DNA from: an uncultured Verrucomicrobiae bacterium
GTDB taxonomy: Bacteria > Verrucomicrobiota > Verrucomicrobiia > Chthoniobacterales > JAFAMB01
Reading direction: 5' to 3'
DNA: 64,000 bases
Assembly (NCBI GenBank): GCA_963762565.1
Contig: CAVXLD010000001.1
Coordinates: 672,001-736,000 of the forward strand
The translations under genes and the position numbers were made by a program. This document shows, piece by piece, positions 52,785 to 63,791 of this stretch; positions within the stretch are counted from its first letter, which is position 1, and each line of letters opens with the position of its first letter. A model generated the notes under the pieces. The model had not been told where the DNA came from. It did no database searches and was given only the letters and a program-made list of their open reading frames with translations.

Positions 52785-52841
52785 GCGAGGTTGCCCTCTA
52801 TCGGACTGGGCGTATGGTTAGGTGAATTCATTCGCATCTCT

Positions 52842-53456
52842 ATGTACGCATTCCGGTCTCTGGCGGTAACGGCAGCCTGTTCTGTTTATGTTGCGTTGGG
52901 CTTGGTAGGGGTGTCGAGCAAGGTCCAGGCTAAGCCTGGACCGCCAGGCGGGAAGAATATTGCTGCTCTCACTATCCCGCCGTACGGCGATAAGTCGGCA
53001 TGGGGTATCTACGTTCGCCGGCTACAGGACACCCTGGCGAAGCGGTGGTATGACGAAATCTTCTACTACAATTATCCGTCCAGTATCAGCCGAGGGACTG
53101 TAACCATCAGTTACACCTTCGATCCGCAGGGCAGAGTCGTTTCCCGATCAGTCGTCTCCAATACCGCTAACGGTCCGTTTGCTGATCGAGCCTTAGCCGC
53201 AGTGAAAAACGCCAATATCCAAGCGATACCGGCCAGCATTCTACCTGAGGCGCCGGACGGGCTGACCGTAGTACAAACCTTTCGTCTCCGGGATAACGAT
53301 CCGACCGATTACGGCCTGGCCAGCTCGTATCCTCAATTGCTGCGAAACCGTTTCCCTGATACGGGCGCAGCAGAGAACCTGGATCTAAGGCGATATTATC
53401 CGCTCCAACGTTTTATCTATCAGTCGCGGATTGTAAGCATTGGTCCGGCGAGGTAG
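52842..53456 (+). CDS. Exported protein with TonB/TolA C-terminal-like domain
   Basis: Y...LQDTLAKRWY, GTVTISYTFDPQGRV, ALAAVKNA...PA. Confidence 0.65.
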   Translation: MYAFRSLAVTAACSVYVALGLVGVSSKVQAKPGPPGGKNIAALTIPPYGDKSAWGIYVRRLQDTLAKRWYDEIFYYNYPSSISRGTVTISYTFDPQGRVVSRSVVSNTANGPFADRALAAVKNANIQAIPASILPEAPDGLTVVQTFRLRDNDPTDYGLASSYPQLLRNRFPDTGAAENLDLRRYYPLQRFIYQSRIVSIGPAR

Positions 53457-53481
53457 GCGGGAAAGCCGCCCCGATCGCGGA

Positions 53482-55292
53482 TTACTTCCCCACCCTGGGC
53501 TTTAAGAGCCTCTCTCGCCAAAGGCTCAGCTCGTCCACTAGAAATTCGAGGACTTCAGACCCGGAGTAGCCATCGGCATTGTCGGCTAACGCCTCATTAT
53601 AAAGATCGCGAGCTGAGTAGAGACGAGCGGTTTCTTCTGAAGTCAACGTGATCAATTCCAAATTTCTGCGCAACGCTTTTTCGATGATCTCGCCTGTGGC
53701 TTTCCAGTTGGGTTTCGGCACCTTACTCAGCTCAGGAGTCCGGAAGAAACTGCTTTGGTGAGTTTCCCGGATTGGCCGCTGGCCCGCTCCTCGGTCAGCT
53801 GAGCGATCTTTTTCCATTGGTTATGTTGGCCTTCATGAAGAAAGCCGAACATGACCTCGGCGGTATCTCCTTGTTGCCACATCAATTCGAAATAGCCGTT
53901 CTTCAGGGTAATCGGTTTGCAAGCGATCCTACTCCCCATCACCAACGGTCCCTGCACTAGCCAACGGAAAGTGTCAGGATCATACTTTAGCCAATGTGGG
54001 CTGGCTAAGAATTCCGCTAGATATTCCTGGTAAATTTCAGCTAACGGCCGGCGCCGGACATCGGCCGTTGATTTACCATCCCAGCGCAGCCGGCATAGCT
54101 TCATGAACTCGCGCGCAGGAATCCCTCTCGCTCCGACAAACACCGAATCCAACCATTTAGGATCCTTTAGCTTGCGTACCGCCTGTTCCGGAGACGAAGT
54201 GGATTCCAATCTCAAGTTGATAAGCTCGACAGCTTCCGGCCGGGAAAGCGGTTTGAGGAGGTGCGGTTCCGAGAACCGATCGCGATGGGCAACGTCCATT
54301 CCAGGCAACAATCTCGCGTCCCAGATATTCTGATTAGCAGTAACTACCGTTAGTTGGCAGCTACACTCGGCGACAATTCGGGACACGGTATTGCCAAATT
54401 GAGACATCAACTCAGGCCGGACGGTGTAACCTTCGGTTTGATCAAAACAGAATACGAATGGCTGATAGAATCGAGAAAGCGCACAGAGATCGGATAATCG
54501 GGTCCAAGCGCCGACATTAACGTTCTCCACCGGCTCAGGCACCGGATTTTCCGCTCGAGGAAGCTGCCAAGAAGCCGAGACATTATCGTCCAGCGCTTCA
54601 TAACGTAACCAGGTCAAGCAACATTGACGTTCGTCGGAACCGGGCGGAGCGGTCAGATAAGCGAAAAGGATCCGGGGCCATTCGGCTGACTTCAGCCTCA
54701 ACGGCGCCAGTTGCTGGCGTACTATCGGAAGCAGATCGTCGAGAAAATGTCCTCGAAACCAATCGCTTGCCCGGTCCTGTCCATCCCGCAACGACATCTG
54801 GGGAGAACTCTCGAAAGCTTCCGCCGAAAGATCGCCTCGGATAACCTGGATGGCTCCTCTGCGAATCGCGGCAGCAGTTAACAATCGTAGCACCGCCTCG
54901 GCAAAAGCCTCCAACTGAGTTGGCTCGTCAAAACCTCCCCTATCCCAGTCCGCAGCCTGGTTCAACTCGTCCACAGTTAGAAGAAGTATGGACTGCCAAT
55001 AGGTCGAAGTGGTCTCAAATGGCGGGATGTAAACCCGCACCGCTTGATTGCCCAGTTCTTTGAAGAAGCGGCCAACGAGATGGCTTTTGCCGTAGCCCGG
55101 CGCCGGCGATAAAATTAATTCCGCTTTGCGCGTTGGCGATTCCCCCGAACTCTCAACGTTCTTAAACTGACCCAACAACCGATCTAGCGTGTCCTGATTA
55201 AGCGAAGAGACCGAGGGCGGGTGATCACGTGGCTCATGTACCACATCCTTTTCGAACGGATTAGGCGAAAGAGTTGGAGTCCCCGGTTTCAT
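53482..55292 (-). pseudogene. P-loop (AAA-like) ATPase of unknown function, frameshifted near 53748
   Basis: Walker A APGYGKS, Walker B FVFCFDQTE. Adding one T (GCA GTT TTC TTC CGG) joins ORFs 53727-55292 and 53482-53817 into about 603 aa. Confidence 0.75.
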
Positions 55293-55317
55293 GGTACAAA
55301 GGCCATGCTATTTCAAA

Positions 55318-56014
55318 TCAGGGGGCAAGTGCAATGTAGAGGCGTTTACGGCCCAAAAGCTCAACCGCAGCAGCCCGTTGTTCGTCCGTAGCCGCGCCCC
55401 AATCTCCTTCGTCAAGCTGGCCTTGCCCTTTCTGCACAATTTCTTGCTCAATCCAGCCCTGGAGTTCGTCCCAGCTAGTCGCAGACATTCGTCGGAGATC
55501 CGAAATAAAAACCGAAACGCCGCCCTTTGTCCCGGGTCAAACGCTCGTAAGCTTTGTAAATTCTAACCGTCAATTTGTTCTCGTTATCCGACCCTTGTCG
55601 GACCTCAGCTGATTGTGCAGGTCGCGCGTCCTTGGAGTCCATCATATTTTCCAAGTGGCTCCTGTGAATAAAATATTCACCCTCCGTTCCGCTGACCGCC
55701 AGTCTGACTACGCGTTTTTCGGTCAAAAGTTTGGAGAGGGCCGACCGAAAGAAAGCCTGACCCTCTTTGTATCGAGAACCCAATGCTATCCGCCGGAAGA
55801 GATAGGGCCGTGAAAGCAGCTTCTGTACGATCCTCTCGCTCTCGGACTCGAGGGTGGGCTCATAACCGGCAAGATAATAGGCTCGGGCCCGCACAACCCG
55901 ACCTTCCTTCAGCAATCGCTGGAGAGCCGCCTTTTGGGTTTTGCCAATCTCGGACTCGGTTAACCGGTGCTTGCGTTTGAATTTCTTTTCAAGCCGGGCA
56001 GCCGGAGTCTCCAT
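55318..56014 (-). pseudogene. Basic, putative winged-helix protein, frameshifted near 55525
   Basis: Removing one base in ACAAAGGGC extends the 179-aa ORF through GGVSVFISDLRR...EQRAAAVELLGRKRLYIALAP to TGA at 55318 (about 231 aa), 25 bp before the ATPase ATG. Confidence 0.7.
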
Positions 56015-56082
56015 CGAACAAGTAATATGCGGGTTTCCCCGGAAAAATCACGCCAGAACCGCAGAGGAGCCAGACTTAAAAG

Positions 56083-56388
56083 CAGGAGCTAGGAGCTAGA
56101 ATCTAGGAGCTAGAAGGGGCGCCGCGGCAATGCATCGCTCTCGTCCTTGTCCTCGAAGGTACGTTTTGGTTCCAGCGCCCGGTTTGCTCTTTCGTGCCGG
56201 AGGGGAGCCGCTTTGTAGGTTTGCAAGCTCTGCCGGTTGCTAGCAGGCGGCTCCCTCCGGCGCGATAGAGCAAATCGGTACGCTGGAACCGATACCATTT
56301 TCGAGGACGAGGACGACGACGAGGACGATTACGATCCATGCCGCGACGGCCCTCCTAGCTCCTAGATTCTAGCTCCTAGCTCCTAGCT
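56083..56388. repeat. Four-layer nested palindrome
   Basis: (TAGGAGC)n arms enclose (CTCGTC)n arms, which enclose ggttccagcg..tttgctct arms, which enclose a short family B core at 56198-56260. Confidence 0.85.
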
Positions 56389-56392
56389 CGTT

Positions 56393-57841
56393 CTACGATT
56401 GGCCGAACTCGATGACCGCCAAAGCGTCTGGCTTCAGGGTCAACGTCAGAGCGGTCGGATCCTTCCCTATAATACGGATCCCGGCAGCAAAGGTCTCTTC
56501 GGCATGGCGTCGCAATCTGGCTTGTTGTTCTAAAGTCGGAGAAGCCGGGCTCCCCATGTCTTGCCATTCTTTCAGCGGTGACCCGTGATCGTCGTCGACC
56601 AAATACACTCTGGCGTATTTGGTATGGGGCGCGCCTTTCAGCTCAATTCGGAAGCTCCGATCCGAGCCGGTTGTGCCGGGCGCAACATAATTCCAAACCG
56701 CAGCTACCACGGAATTATTCACCGAATTTCGGGTGGCTAATCCGGACTTGTTATTAAGAGACAGTTGTTGGTCGCCCAAATGGCTAAGCGCCTTGAACGC
56801 GTAGTAGGAAGCTTTCGGAATTGAACCGGTGGCAATGAGCCCGAATCCATCCTGGAATGGCCTCTTGAAGACGCCGCCCTCCTCAAAAAAGGCGTCTGTA
56901 AACGTCCAGTAAGACATTTCCGCGACTAACCCGCCGCTGCATTGGCGGATATTGTTAGCTAACCAGGCGCCGACATAAGGCGTATCTAGAAGATCCTCGG
57001 AAAGCCCGGCATTATATTCGGAGAAAATGATCGGCAGTTCCGGATTGGCGGAAGCTTTCACCTGGTCGTACACCTTGCGCACCGCCAGGGCGACCATTTC
57101 CGACTGAGGAATCTCTTCATCCTTCCCAAAAACATTTAGGGAGGTGTCATTCGGATAAACATGGGTCGAAACGAAATCGACCGGTACTTTGTTCTCAGCA
57201 CAATAGTGAATGAATCGATCGACCCAGGCGGCCTGGGCTGTCGCCGGGCCACCCACCCGCAAAAGAGGGCTCACTGCTTTCAGGGCGCTCGCCGTTACTT
57301 TATAAAACTCATAGTAAGTCTGCTCGGGGGGTTCGCCTGCCCAGAAATCCAGATTCGGCTCGTTCCAAACCTCAAAATACCAATCGGCTAATTCGGCCAA
57401 GCCATATCTTTGGACCAAGTGCTGCGCGAACTTATAGATTAGCTCATACCATTTCTTCGGATCTTTCGGCGGCGATACGATGGGATGATACCAAAACGGA
57501 TGAACGGCTTCCCGCGCAGCCAGCCCTTTCGGCATGAAACTAAGCTCCACAAACGGGCGCACGCCATTCTTGAGCAATCCATCGTAGATCAGATCGAGCC
57601 GGGTGAAATTCAAAACTAGATTACCGCCTTCGTCCTGGTGATCGTAGATACCGACGTTGCGTTCAAAGATCCCGTGAAACCGCACATACTTCACATCGAT
57701 GATCTCTTTGAGCGTCCGCAAATCGTTACGCCAGTCCTCGCACAGGGTTGTCGAGGCGTGACAGGAGCCAAACAGATGCTCCCAAAAATGGGGAAACGGA
57801 CTGGTTGAACCGGCCGCGTCAACAACGATGGTCTCGTCCAT
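56393..57841 (-). CDS. Glycoside hydrolase family 39 (beta-xylosidase-like)
   Basis: YVRFHG, PFVELSFMP, FEVWNEPN (acid/base), STHVY, SEYN (nucleophile), SYWTF. Start reassigned to 57841. Confidence 0.93.
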   Translation of the reverse strand: MDETIVVDAAGSTSPFPHFWEHLFGSCHASTTLCEDWRNDLRTLKEIIDVKYVRFHGIFERNVGIYDHQDEGGNLVLNFTRLDLIYDGLLKNGVRPFVELSFMPKGLAAREAVHPFWYHPIVSPPKDPKKWYELIYKFAQHLVQRYGLAELADWYFEVWNEPNLDFWAGEPPEQTYYEFYKVTASALKAVSPLLRVGGPATAQAAWVDRFIHYCAENKVPVDFVSTHVYPNDTSLNVFGKDEEIPQSEMVALAVRKVYDQVKASANPELPIIFSEYNAGLSEDLLDTPYVGAWLANNIRQCSGGLVAEMSYWTFTDAFFEEGGVFKRPFQDGFGLIATGSIPKASYYAFKALSHLGDQQLSLNNKSGLATRNSVNNSVVAAVWNYVAPGTTGSDRSFRIELKGAPHTKYARVYLVDDDHGSPLKEWQDMGSPASPTLEQQARLRRHAEETFAAGIRIIGKDPTALTLTLKPDALAVIEFGQS

Positions 57842-57944
57842 AGACCTCTCTAGAGAGCGAGGCCGTAATTGCAATCGATTTAAGGAAGGTCGCGAGGTGT
57901 GTACAAAGGCGGCTTTCTTGGTCGGTGGCGCACTTCGGGCGTAA

Positions 57945-58030
57945 CAACGGATAGGACATATGGGACCTATAGGACACATACGACCTGGGTCCGTCCCATA
58001 AGTCCCATTGGTCATATAGGTCCTATCCGT
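57945..58030. repeat. Inverted 9-mer repeats (ATAGGACNT / GTCCYAT type)
   Basis: Similar arms near 6870-6902, 20497-20532, 33530-33562 and 59609-59690. Confidence 0.8.
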
Positions 58031-58064
58031 GCCAACGTCCAAAGCGCCCTCTACCCCGAGCCGT

Positions 58065-59360
58065 TCACGAAGCTTTTGGCTTCTCCACCACCAGGCTCTT
58101 CAATTGCATCAAAGGCGTGAATCGCCCTGATGCCGAGATCAAGACTAAAGCGAGGCCGGACACGATCAAGGTGGGTCTGATCCCAATGGTCTCTCCTAAC
58201 CAACCACCGAAAAGTGCTCCAAACGGCATTATACCGGTTACAAGAAAGCGAAACGCACCGTTCATTCTGCCGAGCACCGCACTGGGTGTAAGAGTCTGTC
58301 GAATAGTCCAGGCAAACACCGTGATCGAAGAATTCCCCGCACTTAAAACAAAATAAGCCGCCGCAAGAGCGATCACGCCCTGCAAATCTCCGCTATGGAC
58401 CAGCGGAAAACAAAGCGCGGCGATCGCGACGGCGGTCGTCGATAGAATCACGAACGGACCAGGGCCCAACCGTCGCCCCAATTGCTCGGCTCCAACCGCG
58501 CCCATGACTGCGCCCAACCCACCTATACTGACCGTGATGCCGAATAGCCCAGGTCGGATACCAAGCTCACGGGTGGCATAAAGCACGAGGATTGCCATCA
58601 CCGCGTTCTGGAAGAAATTGTTAGCGGTAACAAGCCAGAGCAATGACCGAATATGCCGTTCTTTGGCTACAAACCTAAACCCGCCGCCGATTTGCCGAAA
58701 AATGCCTTCTTGCCGGACCCGGATTCGGACCTCGCGATGCTTGATTTTAAATAAGCAGATCGCACTCAGAAAATAAGTGGTGGCGTCGGCAAGGACAGCC
58801 ATTGGCGCCCCTAGCAGTTCAACCATGATGCCGCCAAATCCGGGACCTACCGATTGGCCGAGGGCGTACGACATCATGATCTTGCTATTTGCATTAACCA
58901 GGCGTTGCCGCGGAACGATTTCAGGGACGTAGGTTTGATAAGCCATCTCGAAGACAGTCTTCAAAGAACCCATGACGAACATCACGAAGTAGAGTACCCC
59001 CAGGTGCATCCAGCCGAGGAACACAGCCAGAGGTACAGCTGTGATAAAAACACCGCGGATCAGGTTCGCGCCGATCATCAAAGAACGCCGAATGCCATAA
59101 TCGGCCCAGACACCAGCCGGCAGAGTAAACACCAGAAAGGGAGCAAATTCCGCTGCGCGCAGAAGGCCCATCTGTAGAGACGTCGCATGCAAGGTAATCG
59201 CAGCCAGTAGCGGAACCGCGAACGCCGTCACCTGTGCTCCCAGAGTGGACACGGTTTGCCCGCTCCAAAAAAAGGCAAACGAATCGTTAATAAACAGCCG
59301 CGATTGCCGTCCTTGGACCGCCGGAGTGAAGGACCCGGCGGAGTCCTCAAGTGTTTTCAC
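58065..59360 (-). CDS. MFS transporter
   Basis: About 12 TM helices; FWSGQTVS, AGVWAD..IRR, RQTLTP...LGR. Confidence 0.9.
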   Translation of the reverse strand: MKTLEDSAGSFTPAVQGRQSRLFINDSFAFFWSGQTVSTLGAQVTAFAVPLLAAITLHATSLQMGLLRAAEFAPFLVFTLPAGVWADYGIRRSLMIGANLIRGVFITAVPLAVFLGWMHLGVLYFVMFVMGSLKTVFEMAYQTYVPEIVPRQRLVNANSKIMMSYALGQSVGPGFGGIMVELLGAPMAVLADATTYFLSAICLFKIKHREVRIRVRQEGIFRQIGGGFRFVAKERHIRSLLWLVTANNFFQNAVMAILVLYATRELGIRPGLFGITVSIGGLGAVMGAVGAEQLGRRLGPGPFVILSTTAVAIAALCFPLVHSGDLQGVIALAAAYFVLSAGNSSITVFAWTIRQTLTPSAVLGRMNGAFRFLVTGIMPFGALFGGWLGETIGIRPTLIVSGLALVLISASGRFTPLMQLKSLVVEKPKAS

Positions 59361-59820
59361 TAGGGGTTGGTTGAACCCCCATTTCCTAAACTAATCCTAA
59401 ATGTGCAGCCAAAAGACCAAACGAACCACCAATTGCTCAATGCGATCCTCAGCGAAACTGGCTGCCCACAGGGGAGAACCGCAACCAAGTTCTGAACCTT
59501 TCAGTGAATGCATTTAAATCGGTCGCTGAACAAATGCCAAGCGATTTTTGCGGTAGAGGGGTGGAGCGGCGAGATGCGCGGGGCGGTGCGACGTGCTTCG
59601 GCGTGGCATGGATAGGACCTATGGGACTGATAGGACTTATATGACGGAACATCGAACATATAGGTCCTATCTGTCCTATAAGTCCTATCCGAACCACGCC
59701 TCTGCGTGGCGACAAAGAAGTCACTCACCACCTCCTGCAGCCCAATTCGAGGGCGAGAACGAAACCGCGGAGCACACGCCGACTTCCAACCGAGCTCACG
59801 GCTTGCTAAAAAGAGGCCCC

Positions 59821-61293
59821 GTGACCCGGTTATTGCTCTTTTCGCTCCTTCTGATCTGCGCCGCTGCTAACGGAGAACCAACGCTGCGCTGGGCCGCTGA
59901 TCCCAACAGTAACGCTCCGTACGCTTTCTATTCAAAGGGCAAGGACCTTATAGGCTTTGAATACGAGATCATCAATGCCGTCGCGAACCGGCTAGGCCGG
60001 CCCGCAGAATTTGTTCAGAACGATTGGAACGGCCTCATCCCTGGATTGCAACGCGGTCTTTACGATTGCGTGATCGCTGGGATCGAGATCACACCGGACA
60101 AAACGGAACAGGTCGCCTTCAGTGCTCCATACTATTTCACGTTCGAACAATTCGTCGGACGCAGAGGCACTCCATCGATTGCCTCGCTGGAACAACTCCG
60201 TGACAGAAAAATCGGGACGCTGGATCAAACTGCGGCGCTTCGAATGTTAGAAGAAACGCCTGGGGTGATCGTGAAAACTTACGATCAAGAGCTCAGCGCT
60301 TACGAGGACATCGTGAATGGTCGCCTTTTTGGCGTTTTGCTTGATTACCCCATCGCGAAATATTACGCAGCACCGAACCCGGCATTAGAGTTAAGTGGAC
60401 CGGCGTTTGGGCAAATCTCTTACGGCATCGCCATCAACAAAAACAACGGCCCGCTAAAGTCGGAGATCGACGCCGCTCTAGGCGATATCATCAGGTCAGG
60501 CGAGCTCCGAAACATCCTATCACGCTGGGGTTTATGGACGAGTAAGGTTGCTGAAGCCTTCGATCAACCGGAGCAACCTTCTACCCAGGACACAGAATAT
60601 CAGGCGTTTGTCGCCACCCAAACATCGTTACAGACCTTATGGTCACGCCTGGAGAGTTATGGCGGCGCCTGGCAGCTCTTAGTAAATGCAGCTTTGCTTA
60701 CCCTGGCTGTCTCGATTTCAGCGATGATAGTTGCGATTGGATTGGGGCTTCTGCTGGTGGTCTGCCGCCTCTTTGGTCCATTACCCCTAAGGTGGTTTGC
60801 AACGAGTTACGTCGAGGTCATTCGCGGTACCCCTCTCTTGATTCAGCTTCTTTTCATTTTCTACGGTCTCCCGAGACTCGGCCTTCAACTGTCACCTTTC
60901 GTGGCTAGTGTGCTCGGGCTTGGACTTAATTACGCTGCATCCGAGTCGGAGAATTATAGGGCGGGTCTGCTCTCAGTGCCCGAGGGACAATGGCAAGCAG
61001 CACGAGCTCTGGGTCTAACTCAATCGAAAGCACTTCGCTTGGTCATTATTCCCCAGGCGGTTCGTCTAGTCCTGCCGCCACTCACTAATGACTTCATCGC
61101 GTTGCTAAAAGACTCTTCCTTGGTTTCCGCTTTGACCTTGCTTGAACTTACCGGCGCCTATAACCGGCTGGCTACGCAGACTTTCGACTATTTCGGCACC
61201 GGTCTCTTAGTAGCCACCATCTACTTGCTGATCGGCCTCCCATTTGTCCGCATCGCGCGAAGGTTGGAACGAGGGATAAGAAGCCGAGGCTAA
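59821..61293 (+). CDS. Polar amino-acid ABC transporter, fused substrate-binding protein and permease
   Basis: SBP family 3 (GFEYEI, VAFSAPY) plus permease (RGTPLLIQL, GQWQAARALG, LLKDSSL); GTG start inferred. Confidence 0.92.
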   Translation: MTRLLLFSLLLICAAANGEPTLRWAADPNSNAPYAFYSKGKDLIGFEYEIINAVANRLGRPAEFVQNDWNGLIPGLQRGLYDCVIAGIEITPDKTEQVAFSAPYYFTFEQFVGRRGTPSIASLEQLRDRKIGTLDQTAALRMLEETPGVIVKTYDQELSAYEDIVNGRLFGVLLDYPIAKYYAAPNPALELSGPAFGQISYGIAINKNNGPLKSEIDAALGDIIRSGELRNILSRWGLWTSKVAEAFDQPEQPSTQDTEYQAFVATQTSLQTLWSRLESYGGAWQLLVNAALLTLAVSISAMIVAIGLGLLLVVCRLFGPLPLRWFATSYVEVIRGTPLLIQLLFIFYGLPRLGLQLSPFVASVLGLGLNYAASESENYRAGLLSVPEGQWQAARALGLTQSKALRLVIIPQAVRLVLPPLTNDFIALLKDSSLVSALTLLELTGAYNRLATQTFDYFGTGLLVATIYLLIGLPFVRIARRLERGIRSRG

Positions 61294-61761
61294 AGAGCAA
61301 GCCTTAGTCCAGGATTTGCCGCGAAGGAGTTCGATCGGAGGGGAGCCGCTTTGGTGCGTTGCCAAACGACCCCTCGAAATTCGTTCCACGTTCGATGCGT
61401 TCTCGAAACGAGGCCAACAAGCGGCTCCCGCGAATAACCCAAGGTGACGAATCTACCTGCGCGCTTCAATTTGCTATCGGTCCGATCGGCAGAACTGCAA
61501 GCCGCTGGGTAATTCCCGGGAGCCGCCTGGTGCATCGCTTCTCGGACACATGCGCCCAGGTACGAATAACGCGAGGTCATATGTCGTCCGCCAAAGCGGC
61601 TCCCCTCCGGGTTTCTTTACAAAATCTTTACAAATCGGAGGGAGACTTCTAGAGCGGACCCGCTTGAGTAGTACGGACGAGGCGTTTTGTCCGATGGGTA
61701 TCCACTTGGGCGGACAAGCGCTTCGTGCAGATCATAACCAGCAACTCGAGGAATTCTTCAC

Positions 61762-63634
61762 ATGATGTGGAAACCCTATCTCCGCTCGTGCGGACTCATT
61801 ACGTCCGCGACGATCTCAATGGCGTTGAGCGGCCAGCTGGTCGCGCAACAAACTGAGACGGCGAAGAACACGCCCATTTTTGTAACCAGTGGCCAAGAAA
61901 TCACCCCTACCGCTGCGCCGGGCTCAACTTTGACCTACTTAAACCCCGGCCTCAGCGACTTCCCCAACTACGTCGCCAGCGGCGGCATCAGCACCGCGAT
62001 TAGCCCAGATGGTACCACGCTGCTAGTCCTGACCGCCGGCTACAATAACTTGGATGACAGTTCCGGGAACTTTATCGCGGCCGACTCGCAAGAATATATT
62101 TTCGTCTTCGACATCAGCAGCGGACGACCCGTGCAGAAACAGGTCCTGAACTTGCCCAACAGCTACACCGGAATCGCGTTTGCCCCGAGCGGACAGATGT
62201 TCTTAGCCGCCGGCGGTGTGGATGATAACGTCCACATCTTTCAACTCCAGTCGACTGGTTGGGCAGACACCGGAACACCAGTCGCACTGGGGCATGCTCA
62301 CGGAATCGGTCTGGTTTCTGACGGTCTCGCCCTTACTCAGGGCCAGGATCCACCAGTTTCCGGCGGCGTCGCCATCGTGCCCGGTACGAACACCAACGCG
62401 TTGGTCACTAACGTTTACAATGACTCCGTTTCACTGATCGGGATTTCCGGCGCCAGCGGCCAAGTTCTGGCCGAACTCGACCTTCGCCCTGGCAAAGTCA
62501 ATTCGGCCGACAGCGGAGTACCCGGAGGAGAATACCCTTTCTGGGTCACCGTTACTAACTCCGGCGTCGCTTACATTTCTTCGGTTCGAGATCGTGAAAT
62601 CGATGTGGTCCAGGTCACTGGCTCTCAATTGTCGTTTGTCACAAGAGTCAAGGTGACCGGTAATCCGAATAAGATGATCTTGGACTCCGCCCAGGCGAAC
62701 CTATACGTGGCCGAAGATAACAGCGACCTGGTGGATGTTATCAATACCACCAGCCATCAGGTGGTGAACTCAATCTCAACCGCAGGTCCCAATAAAGTGG
62801 TTGGCGATCTGAACACTTACCACGGATTCATTCCTAACGGTTTGAGCCTCGCCCCGAATGGCAAAACCCTCTATGTAACCAACGGGGGCACCAACTCTTT
62901 AGCCGTTATCGATCTAACGACCCAGCCGTATTCCGTCACCGGTTTGATACCCACGGGTTATTATCCTAGCGACGTAGCGGTTAGCCATAGCGGCAAGATG
63001 CTTTATGTGGTCAACGCGAAGAGCGTTACCGGGCCCGACCCTGGGTATTTTCCGAAAAATACGCCGACTGAAAACGCGAGCAATCAATACATCGAGAAAG
63101 ACGAAAAATCGTCACTTCTCAGTTTCCCGGCGCCAAGCTCTTCCACGTTGGCCGAACTCACCCGGCAAGTCTCAAAGAACAACAACTTTGCCGGTAAAGC
63201 CTCTTCTTCTGACGAAGCCATCATCAGCCAGCTGCAGAAACGCATTAAACACGTTATCTACATCATCAAAGAGAACCGGACCTACGACCAGGTGCTGGGC
63301 GACTTGGACCGAGGAAATGGGGACCCGTATATTACCGAGTTCGGTCAAGCCATCACTCCGAGCCAACACCAACTAGCCAGCTACTTCGTCACTGCGGACA
63401 ATTTCTATTGTTCGGGTGATGTCAGCGCAAATGGCTGGCCTGGCGGATAAGACCAAAGGATTCGATTTCAGCGTGGAGGACCATTTGGGTGACGTTGATA
63501 AGTTTAACCGGATCGTGTGGCAGGGACTGAAAGGTTCCCTCCCGTATCCGGAACAGCGCACCGGTGCTGACCTCCGCCAGAACCGGCAGCAGTTGCTACT
63601 GCGCACTGCCCCAATGGCGGACGCAGGTAGTTAG
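61762..63634 (+). pseudogene. YVTN/YncE beta-propeller + phosphoesterase protein with internal deletion
   Basis: Propeller repeats, then KHVIYIIKENRTYDQVLGD...DNFY...SANGW and a stop at 63450; C-terminal tail KGFDFSVED...FNRIVWQGLKG...YP in another frame (63416-63634). Confidence 0.72.
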
Positions 63635-63791
63635 TTTTGTCCCAAAGGAACCGCACGCGTCGTTGCGAGGACCGACGCGAACGGAGACTACAGGAACGAG
63701 CCCGGGGTTTTACCCCGGGCTTAGTCCCGATCGCGCCCCCCCGGGGCCGTGGACATGCGACACGCGGTGTTCCTTAGGAGAACGAAGCGCG

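Noticed and set aside
53740..55540. Programmed frameshifting or phase variation as the cause of the two frameshifts
   Set aside because: The runs are only 3 nt and I saw no canonical slippery heptamer. Decay or sequencing error is more parsimonious.
51471..56100. Integrative island at tRNA-His
   Set aside because: No adjacent integrase, and I found no duplicate of the tRNA 3' end by eye.
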